Origin: Candidatus Roizmanbacteria bacterium RIFCSPHIGHO2_02_FULL_37_13b
GTDB lineage: Bacteria; Patescibacteriota; Microgenomatia; UBA1406; HO2-37-13b
DNA length: 52,682 nt
NCBI GenBank assembly: GCA_001789395.1
Contig: MFZK01000017.1
Span: forward strand, 1-52,682
Direction of reading: 5' to 3'
Part shown: positions 1-7,420 of the stretch, in pieces
Layout of the letters: each line of letters opens with the position of its first letter
Numbering within the stretch: position 1 is the first letter of the stretch
Translations under genes and position numbers: made by a program
Notes under the pieces: model-generated
The model's input: only the letters and a program-made list of their open reading frames with translations
What the model was told of the DNA's origin: nothing
Databases searched by the model: none

Positions 1-1118
1 CGATTCGCTGCGGCCGTTATCTCAGGCCACCAGTAGGCTACAGAGTCTGGAAGCCAGGCCACTCCACTGTTGTTCGGGATCCCCCGGAAGGGAACCCGAC
101 TTATCAACTCCAGCTTGAAGTTCTGGGCGAAGATAACGATGTCTGTACCTGTCTCCATCGCCCAGATCGATACAGCGCAGAAGACAGCGGGGATGGCCGC
201 TGAGAGGAACACACTCAGCGCCCACTTGAACGCACCCCACCACCTTCGACGCCTCACTCTTGCATGGACCTGTCGTAGTAGACGTAGCGCTGTGATGACC
301 AGCTTTACGCTTACTTCAACCACCGTCTTCGCTGCCTCAACCACGAGACCGAAGTTGAAGATCGCGACGACGATTATCACGATCAGAGCCACGATGATGA
401 AGATCTCGAGCCAGTGTTGACCAGAACCAACCCAGCTTACCACTTGCCGCGACATGTTCGTAGCTTGGAGCGTAAAAGGATTGTACTCCTTATCCTCTGT
501 CCACTCTTCACTAGTCTCACAGCACAAGCAGTACGTTAGCTTACTTGTGTCGAAGTAGTTTTCGGGTTCTACTGACACACCATCTTTCATAATGACGAAA
601 TGGACGTGAGTCCACGCCGTCATCCCCGTAAGAGACACACGACCGATGACTGTGTTCTGATCTACCCTATCCCCTACTTGAGCCAGGGGACGACCATCCG
701 CCTTAGGGTACCGGATGATGTTGTTACCGACGATGGTGATCGGCGGAAGGTAGTCGGGTCGAGTTTCGTCCAGAAGATGTCCGTAGATGGTAACGATTCC
801 GTTACCATTGTTTACCCATACTTGACATCCTCTGTTTCCTGCGTTTTTGCAGTCAGATACGTCTACTACTCCGGATGCCATCGCCCTCACAGGTGCCCGA
901 TAAACAGCAGACAGATCGACTGCATACTCACCACCCCGACCGTGGTGATCTGCAGAGTTTGAACTTTCAATTCCCGATGCAACAGGAAGAAACCAACGAC
1001 CGTCTTTTGAAATCAGACGACCCTTGCTGAATCCTCCCTGCGCATATGAAGTTGTTGTGATGAAAAGGCACAGCCCGATGAGGAGCAGTGCCACGACACA
1101 GCGCCGCACTGTCTTCAT
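1..1118 (-). CDS. Secreted M23-family metallopeptidase with two downstream TM segments; 3' end runs off the window (at least 372 aa)
   Basis: Hand translation from ATG 1118 is open to base 3. It gives signal peptide MKTVRRCVVALLLIGLCLFITTTSYA and M23 motifs HHGRGGEYAVD, APVRAMASGVV, TIYGHL, VGDRVDQNTVIGRVSLTGMTAWTHVHF. Hydrophobic segments WLEIFIIVALIVIIVVAIFNFGLVV and WALSVFLSAAIPAVFCAVSIWAM follow. SD AAGGAG lies upstream. It is absent from the ORF track because there is no stop in the window. Confidence 0.85.
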   Translation of the reverse strand, partial: MKTVRRCVVALLLIGLCLFITTTSYAQGGFSKGRLISKDGRWFLPVASGIESSNSADHHGRGGEYAVDLSAVYRAPVRAMASGVVDVSDCKNAGNRGCQVWVNNGNGIVTIYGHLLDETRPDYLPPITIVGNNIIRYPKADGRPLAQVGDRVDQNTVIGRVSLTGMTAWTHVHFVIMKDGVSVEPENYFDTSKLTYCLCCETSEEWTEDKEYNPFTLQATNMSRQVVSWVGSGQHWLEIFIIVALIVIIVVAIFNFGLVVEAAKTVVEVSVKLVITALRLLRQVHARVRRRRWWGAFKWALSVFLSAAIPAVFCAVSIWAMETGTDIVIFAQNFKLELISRVPFRGIPNNSGVAWLPDSVAYWWPEITAAAN

Positions 1119-1217
1119 CAGACTCTCCTTTCTTTCTATTTCGAATGCCGGATTATCAAAGTACCACCCCTGTTCGGGGGTAGCACAAAACTCACCCCCG
1201 GTAAGAGCTTAGCGGAA

Positions 1218-1246
1218 ATTATAAACTGTTATTAATTTTTTTTCAA
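1218..1246 (-). promoter_or_regulatory. Sigma70-like promoter for the M23 gene
   Basis: Minus strand TTGAAA (1246-1241), 17-nt spacer, TATAAT (1223-1218). Confidence 0.6.
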
Positions 1247-1399
1247 CTTATAGGATATCTTAATTTTTATATTAAGATGTTTCATTGATGTAAATGACAT
1301 TTTAATTTTAATTATGGGCTATGAAAATTTAGCTGTTTATTTTTTTGTAATAATTTGATAGAAACATATATGAGTCATAATATGGTGAAGGAAGAGTAT

Positions 1400-1556
1400 A
1401 GATCCTGAAACAAGTTCAGGATGACAGTTTCTCATCGTTTAGGATGATAGTTTATGGAGATTGCTTCGTCGTTATACTCCTCGTAATGACAAGAAATTGT
1501 CATCCCCGACTAGATCGGGGATCTATTAGATAGATTCCCGCCTTCGCGGGAATGAC
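1400..1556. repeat. Cluster of four REP-like palindromes (GAT-stem-loop-stem-ATGAC, i.e. TGTCAT-tagged)
   Basis: agatcctgaaacaagttcaggatgaca (1400-1426), gagattgcttcg...cgtaatgaca (1457-1491), tgtcatccccgactagatcggggatct (1498-1524, inverted), tagattcccgccttcgcgggaatgac (1531-1556). Confidence 0.8.
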
Positions 1557-1563
1557 CTTTATT

Positions 1564-2772
1564 ATGAAAAATAAAGAAAAAATACGATTAATAATTTTTT
1601 CATCTATTTATTTTTTGACAATCGCTATATTACTATCGACAAATTATTATTTCTTTAAATCATCCAATACATCGATAAAACAAATAAACACTTTATCTGC
1701 AAAAGAAATTGTTTTAAAAAAAGATTTAAATCATCTAACTACCAAATTTAGTGAAACTGAAAAAGCATTGATTGATCTGCAAAATCAAGACCAGCTGAAA
1801 ATTAACCAAAATCTTACGGAAGAAATTAAGAATATCAATACTACATATAATAGTAGTGTCAAGACTTATGAAAATTTGCTTGATCTTAAAAGCATTTCAA
1901 AAAAGACTGAAAACTTCGACAAAACCTTTGCTGAGATTTTATCTCTTCTCTCTGAAAAAAATTACATTAGTGCATCGGCTTTACTTGCTCAATTGGATAA
2001 AGACATAAAAACAGAATCAGATAAAATCTCGTCTTCATTTGTGATTCCGCAAAATGTGAAGGCAGTTGATGCTGCACCCGGTTCAGGATACAGTCAGCAA
2101 AAAGTGACAACTGACGTCGGCGATTTTTTAGTCGACGTCTTAGCAGCTGACCTAAATTCAACACGAGTCATGGTCGATACTGCATCAGATTCCACATGCG
2201 GAAATGACTGCCCGGTCCTTTCCCTATCCACCTTTATATCCCGTTCCGGTGGATTTGCAGGAATTAACGGTCCATATTTTTGTCCTGCCAGTTATCCAGC
2301 ATGCAGTGGCAAAAAAAATTCTTTTGATACTCTGTTAATGAACAAAAACAAAGTCTATTTTAATTCCGATAATAATATTTACTCAAATGTACCTGCAGTA
2401 ATCTTTACCGGAAATTCGGCCCGATTTGTCGGAGCTTCCTCCCAATGGGGCCGCGATACCGGTGTCGATGCTGTGATAGCATCACAACCAATGTTACTAT
2501 CAGGTGGGAATGTGACTTTTTCCGGTGATTCGGAAAGCAAAAGAGCTTCAAAAGGAAATAGAAGTTTCATCGGTAATAAAGGCAATACCGTTTATATTGG
2601 CGTCGTTCATAATGCTTCAGTTTATGACGTCGCTCAAGTTCTCAAAAAAATGGGATTGGAAAATGCTTTAAATTTAGACAGTGGTGGATCAACAGCTTTT
2701 TATACCAATGGTCATTTTGTCGCCGGACCGGGTCGCGATCTACCATTTGGCATCGTATTAGTCCACAAATAG
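1564..2772 (+). CDS. Membrane-anchored coiled-coil protein with C-terminal phosphodiester glycosidase (NAGPA-like) domain
   Basis: N-terminal TM, helical stalk, motifs GINGPYF, RSFIG, ALNLDSGGST. Start moved to ATG 1564 because ATG 1552 lies inside a palindrome. Confidence 0.75.
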   Translation: MKNKEKIRLIIFSSIYFLTIAILLSTNYYFFKSSNTSIKQINTLSAKEIVLKKDLNHLTTKFSETEKALIDLQNQDQLKINQNLTEEIKNINTTYNSSVKTYENLLDLKSISKKTENFDKTFAEILSLLSEKNYISASALLAQLDKDIKTESDKISSSFVIPQNVKAVDAAPGSGYSQQKVTTDVGDFLVDVLAADLNSTRVMVDTASDSTCGNDCPVLSLSTFISRSGGFAGINGPYFCPASYPACSGKKNSFDTLLMNKNKVYFNSDNNIYSNVPAVIFTGNSARFVGASSQWGRDTGVDAVIASQPMLLSGGNVTFSGDSESKRASKGNRSFIGNKGNTVYIGVVHNASVYDVAQVLKKMGLENALNLDSGGSTAFYTNGHFVAGPGRDLPFGIVLVHK

Positions 2773-2777
2773 CCCCC

Positions 2778-2793
2778 CGTAACCTTCAAGGTT
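2778..2793. repeat. Left 16-bp inverted repeat of RAYT element (CGTAACCTTCAAGGTT)
   Basis: Exact reverse complement of 3585-3600; internally palindromic (AACCTT-C-AAGGTT). Confidence 0.8.
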
Positions 2794-2823
2794 AAGAATC
2801 TTGTCAAAATAGGCTAATCCTGT

Positions 2824-3501
2824 TTATTTCCACCTGGATGCATGCTTTACCGTTTCTAAAGTCCTTTGATAATCCGCATGATTTTCAACGAAATCGCGAT
2901 AACTTTCTCTTTTATTATTAAATAGAGACATTACAGGATTAATATTGCATAATCTTTTTTCGCCAGCTATATATTCACGATAGGATGTCCAAGGATACTT
3001 ATTCAACGCAGATATATTATTTACTAACTTTGATGTATAAGGATTTAAATGAATATACCGTGATACGTGTTTTAGTTCTTCGTCATTATCAATCTGCTCT
3101 GATTTAAATTTAGTTAAAAAAATAGGTCCGAGTCCATCAGTTTCCAAATTAACATGTCGTGTAAACGAATTCATTACGAGACTGATGAAATGTGAAAGTC
3201 CCGAATCAATATTTTGCTTTAAAAGAAAATGATAATGCGTTGGCATTAAACAATAACTAAGTAACTCAACTCTAAAAAATTTCGCATCGCCAAGCTGAAT
3301 AATAATTCGATTACGATCAGATTCAGGTAAATCTAGAAAACGAGAAAAACTTAGACGAGCTTTCATTGATCGATAGTAGTGAATTATTTTAATAAAAAGA
3401 TGACAATTATGTATATCTAGGAATATCTTGTTCGAATGAATTGTTTTATTAAACACATGATAGATTCCATCGGTATATATTTTCTTTCTTCTTCCTGCCA
3501 T
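2824..3501 (-). mobile_element. REP-associated tyrosine transposase (RAYT; IS200-like Y1 HUH family)
   Basis: IYHVFNK, YCLMPTHYHFLL (HUH), RYIHLNP (catalytic Tyr), YPWTSY. Likely start ATG 3501 (the track uses 3516). Confidence 0.85.
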
Positions 3502-3584
3502 ATCTAAATTTTCCACAAAGTTACACTAAAGTCAAGATGAATATAAATAAATACAACGATTTAGTTTGTAATAACGCCAATTTC

Positions 3585-3600
3585 AACCTTGAAGGTTACG
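3585..3600. repeat. Right 16-bp inverted repeat of RAYT element (AACCTTGAAGGTTACG)
   Basis: Exact reverse complement of 2778-2793. Confidence 0.8.
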
Positions 3601-3642
3601 TAAATTATTATAGAGCCAAAAACAGGATTGTAATAAATTCAT

Positions 3643-3705
3643 TTGACAAAGTTTTTTTATTTTGTAGAATCTTTTTTGAACTATTATTGTGACACTAATA
3701 GTTCA
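3643..3705 (+). promoter_or_regulatory. Candidate promoter followed by a 10-bp inverted repeat (operator or hairpin)
   Basis: TTGACA 3643-3648, 16-nt spacer, TAGAAT 3665-3670; TGAACTATTA-N9-TAATAGTTCA at 3677-3705. A second TTGACA-N18-TACAAT lies at 3798-3827. Confidence 0.5.
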
Positions 3706-3890
3706 TAGTGAAATATGTTGATACATTACGATAACATAAATATCAAATTAGATAGATTTAGAATATGATAGCACCAGAAAGTTATAAAGATACTATCTTG
3801 ACAGGAAAAAAGCCTTATGTATACAATCACAACAGACGTTAAAAATGGATCGATTATCCTTTATATTAAGCGCAAGGATAAAATAAGCAG

Positions 3891-5849
3891 ATGAAAAATA
3901 AACAACTTCTAGCTAAACTTATTTCAATTTTTTTGAGTTTCAATTTAATTTCCTTCAATGCATTACCGACTTTAATCTTCGCCGCTGATATGCCAAATAG
4001 CGACACCTTAAAACAACAAATCATCGATAAAGCGTCTACTAAAACAGATACTATAAATGCTGATACATCAAAAGCGACGGGTGCAGTCCCTACTCAACCA
4101 CCAGCAACAAACAGCAATACTACAAATACTGGTGATAATGTCAATAACACCACATCAACTAACAATGATCAAACCACTCAAGTGAATAACACCACTGATA
4201 CAACTGTTAATCAAGATATAAATGCAGAAGCTAACACCGGTGATAATACCACTGATGGAAATATTTCGATCTATGGAACTGGAGCTGGCGTAATCGATTC
4301 AGGAGATGCGACTATTAATGCAACGGGAGTTGTCAAAGCCGGAAACAACGAGACAACTATAATTGGTTCCGGAAATGGCGGTTCAGCCGGCAGTAATGTC
4401 GTAAATACCGGAAATAGTCTAACCACGTCAACTAACGCGAATAACTCAACAACAACGATGGTTAATAGTGGAAATACTACAGTAATTAATCAAAATTCCA
4501 ACCTTTATGCCAACACTGGTGGAAACAGATCTAGAGGGAATATCGCCATCGGTGGTGGACCAGCTGGTGCCGTCTATACCGGAAATGCTACAGTTAATAG
4601 TAATTTCTTAGTGACTGCTAATGGCAATGTCACGCTTATTGGCGGAACAGGCGGAAATGGACCAGGAAACGGTGCATCAATAATTCTTGCCAATTCAGGC
4701 AATCGTGGATATTTTTTCACCAGAGCAAATACTACTCACTTTATCTTAGTGAACAATAGTAATCGCGCTCTCGTATCTCAAACCTGTGGATATCCTGTTG
4801 CTCCCACCACCAATATGGTCGATGCATCATCATGCGCAGCGATTACGGGAGGAAATAATTCTTCGGCCAATATCGCCTTCGGAGGCGACGCTGGAAGAAT
4901 CACTACCGGAAACGCTACCGTGAACGTCACCATGGTCGCTGATGTCAACAACAATTCAACAACTATAAATGGTGCTGGTTCAGGTAGTAGTGCGAATTCC
5001 GACGTCCTTAACACGGGAAATGATGTAAATATAGATACTACATCTAATAATACATCCAATACCACTGTCAATAATCGTAATTCTGCAACAATTAATCAAA
5101 GAGTCAATGCAAAAGCGATTACCGGTAAAAATATCGCCAATGGAAATATTTCATTTGGCGGTTGTGCAGGATGTATCACAACAGGTGATGCCACTGTCAA
5201 TGTCACCCTTGTTGCAGATGTAAACAATAACAAAACCTTAATTGACAATGGTAGTCTAAATGGTAACGTTGGTGGTTCAAATTCACAAGTCGTCAATACA
5301 GGAGATGATGTAAAAATATCAACTGAAACCAATAACAATACTCAAATTACATCAAACAGCACTAATTTCTTAGATCTTGCCCAAAATGTATTTGGACGTG
5401 TCATAACAGGTTTTGTCAAAGCAATTGGAAATATAGGCAGAAGCGCCGGAATAATTGTCACTGGTGATGCAGAACTAAATGTTAATCAAAAAGTCACCGG
5501 TAATAATAATGAAACAGTCATAATCGATCCTGTTCAAATTGGTGGTGCAGAAACCGCAAACCCAACGCCAACTCCTCAACAAGAAGTTGCGCGTGGTGGT
5601 ACAACGGATCCTGTTGTCACCAATAATTCGACAACGCCATCTAATCCATCACCAAGCAATTCATCGACCAATTCTACTATCTCCTCTTCTTCAGTAGGTA
5701 GCGTATCGGATGGAGACATATTAGGAGCAGCAACAGCAATCCTGCCTGCATCAGGTCCGGAACTATTACTTTGGATTTTGGCAATCGCGTTGTCATCATT
5801 AATATTAGGAAATTATTTAAGAAATTATAAAGCGGAGAAATCCAGCTAA
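3891..5849 (+). CDS. Secreted Asn/Thr/Gly repeat protein A (five ~95-105 aa repeats) with LPxSG-TM-basic tail
   Basis: Signal peptide; recurring N[TS]G...N.A...TG.N...GNI...TG[DN]A; S/T/P linker; C-terminus LPASG-hydrophobic helix-RNYKAEK. Confidence 0.8.
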   Translation: MKNKQLLAKLISIFLSFNLISFNALPTLIFAADMPNSDTLKQQIIDKASTKTDTINADTSKATGAVPTQPPATNSNTTNTGDNVNNTTSTNNDQTTQVNNTTDTTVNQDINAEANTGDNTTDGNISIYGTGAGVIDSGDATINATGVVKAGNNETTIIGSGNGGSAGSNVVNTGNSLTTSTNANNSTTTMVNSGNTTVINQNSNLYANTGGNRSRGNIAIGGGPAGAVYTGNATVNSNFLVTANGNVTLIGGTGGNGPGNGASIILANSGNRGYFFTRANTTHFILVNNSNRALVSQTCGYPVAPTTNMVDASSCAAITGGNNSSANIAFGGDAGRITTGNATVNVTMVADVNNNSTTINGAGSGSSANSDVLNTGNDVNIDTTSNNTSNTTVNNRNSATINQRVNAKAITGKNIANGNISFGGCAGCITTGDATVNVTLVADVNNNKTLIDNGSLNGNVGGSNSQVVNTGDDVKISTETNNNTQITSNSTNFLDLAQNVFGRVITGFVKAIGNIGRSAGIIVTGDAELNVNQKVTGNNNETVIIDPVQIGGAETANPTPTPQQEVARGGTTDPVVTNNSTTPSNPSPSNSSTNSTISSSSVGSVSDGDILGAATAILPASGPELLLWILAIALSSLILGNYLRNYKAEKSS

Positions 5850-5902
5850 CTTAGCTGTTAGAAATTATTAAGTTCTCGAACGGAAAGGGGGTGAAATATA
5901 AA

Positions 5903-7159
5903 ATGAGAAAAACAATTGCATCTTTAAGCTGCGCAGCGATTCTTTTATCAAACGCAGCAGGTGTTTTCGGTCAGACATATACTGATATCACCAATAGTGG
6001 ATCAGGTCTGGATGTAAAAAACACAACCAATACAACTACTGTTGTTACTATTGATCAAACCAATAGTGCCTTTGTCAAACAAGATTCAACCAATGTCGTA
6101 AAGACAGGTGATGTTGAAGTAAAAGGCAATATTGCAACTGGAACTGGATGTGGTACCTGTACCTTAGGTACAATAGGTGTCACAACCGGAGCCGGAACTG
6201 CAACGACAGTCCAAGAAGTTGATGTAAATAATAATACCGCCGCCGCAGAAGTAACAGGTGGCAGCGCTACATCTGTTCTTGGTTTAGTCAACACTGGAAA
6301 AGACGTCACTATTGATACTAGTGCCAATTCAACGACTGTTCTTACTGAACAACAAGCTAATAAAGCTTTTGTGTCTCAAAGTAGCATGAATCTTGTCGAT
6401 ACAGGAGGCGTCGTTGCCAGTAACAATATCGGCAATGTCGATGTAACCACTGGTCCAGGTACAGCAGTAACTGTACAAAAAATCAAGGCTAATGAAAATA
6501 CAGCTTTGGCAGTAGTTAAACCAGCCCCCACAACAGTTCTTCCACCTATGTGTGGATTAAATCCATGTGGTGCTGGCTTAGTCGGTGCTAATGGTGCTTA
6601 CACCATGATAACCAATACTGGTAATAAACTTATTGTCGACAATCACACAAACAATACCACCGTTTTAGGATTATTGCAAAGTAATTTGCTTTACTCCTCT
6701 CAAAAGGCTGGTAATTACGTCACAACAGGTGATGTCGTTGCTAAGAAAAATATTGGTGGTGTAGACATAACCACTGGTGCTGGTGTTGGATCAACCTTGA
6801 TGGAACTGGTTGCCAACAAAAACACTGCAGCCGCTTCAATCGGTTCAGATGAAATGCCTTTAGGAGGATCATTACTTCAACTTGTCAATACAGGTGTGAA
6901 TGCTAATGTTGATGCGAGCGCTAACGACACAACTGTTGTCGGTGGCAAACAAAACAACCTTTCATTCATATTTGAAAAGACCTGTAATTATGTCCAAACT
7001 GGTTTAGTTGGAGTTTTGAAGAATGTCGGCATGGTATCGACCCTTACTGGAGTAGGAGCTAGTGGAGTCGGTCAATCAACCACAGCTAATACCAATACGT
7101 TCTTGGTAACAAGTTCACCATTGGGATTACTTGGTTTATTGCTCGCTCTTACGCTTTAA
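5903..7159 (+). CDS. Secreted repeat protein B (four repeats of the same family)
   Basis: Strong SD AAAGGGGGTGA places the start at ATG 5903 (MRKTIASL). Signal peptide, N[TS]G / N.A.V.Q / TG.V / NIG / TTG.G motifs, CGTC, short hydrophobic C-terminus. Confidence 0.8.
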   Translation: MRKTIASLSCAAILLSNAAGVFGQTYTDITNSGSGLDVKNTTNTTTVVTIDQTNSAFVKQDSTNVVKTGDVEVKGNIATGTGCGTCTLGTIGVTTGAGTATTVQEVDVNNNTAAAEVTGGSATSVLGLVNTGKDVTIDTSANSTTVLTEQQANKAFVSQSSMNLVDTGGVVASNNIGNVDVTTGPGTAVTVQKIKANENTALAVVKPAPTTVLPPMCGLNPCGAGLVGANGAYTMITNTGNKLIVDNHTNNTTVLGLLQSNLLYSSQKAGNYVTTGDVVAKKNIGGVDITTGAGVGSTLMELVANKNTAAASIGSDEMPLGGSLLQLVNTGVNANVDASANDTTVVGGKQNNLSFIFEKTCNYVQTGLVGVLKNVGMVSTLTGVGASGVGQSTTANTNTFLVTSSPLGLLGLLLALTL

Positions 7160-7213
7160 TCTGATTTTTTGTGATCATTTTTTTTAGATCTAAAAAAAGA
7201 TTAAAGATAAGAG

Positions 7214-7256
7214 AAACAAAATACCCGCCACGTCAAACGTGGCGGGATTTTGTTTT
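7214..7256 (+). terminator. Rho-independent terminator after protein B
   Basis: Stem CCCGCCACGT-caa-ACGTGGCGGG (7224-7246) followed by ATTTTGTTTT. Confidence 0.85.
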
Positions 7257-7364
7257 AGAGCAGATTTCGCTTTAGCTTGTTGCAGTATGATGACCTTAAA
7301 TACAGTTTAAGCTTTAAAGACGTTCATATATCTATATTGATACCCTTTTTTACTCTTTTATAGG

Positions 7365-7393
7365 TTGCATTTAAAATTTATATAATTTATAAT
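7365..7393 (+). promoter_or_regulatory. Sigma70-like promoter for repeat protein C
   Basis: TTGCAT, 17-nt spacer, TATAAT. Confidence 0.6.
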
Positions 7394-7420
7394 ATCGCCA
7401 AGTTCTTTGGCTCTTAACAC

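Noticed and set aside
22-1212. Short track ORFs 22..243, 70..420, 600..962 and 1024..1212
   Set aside because: They are shadows of the long minus-strand M23 ORF (1118 to the edge), which has motifs, a signal peptide and an SD.
1552-1563. ATG 1552 as start of the NAGPA protein
   Set aside because: This ATG is the ATGAC terminus of a palindromic repeat; ATG 1564 gives a normal basic N-terminus.
2824-3600. IS605/IS200 element with TnpB or omega-RNA
   Set aside because: No tnpB or iscB is adjacent; protein length and the NP / YPWSSY-like motifs fit RAYT better.
3601-3890. Riboswitch upstream of the repeat-protein cluster
   Set aside because: AT-rich with only simple hairpins; no aptamer consensus recognised by eye (an Rfam scan would settle it).
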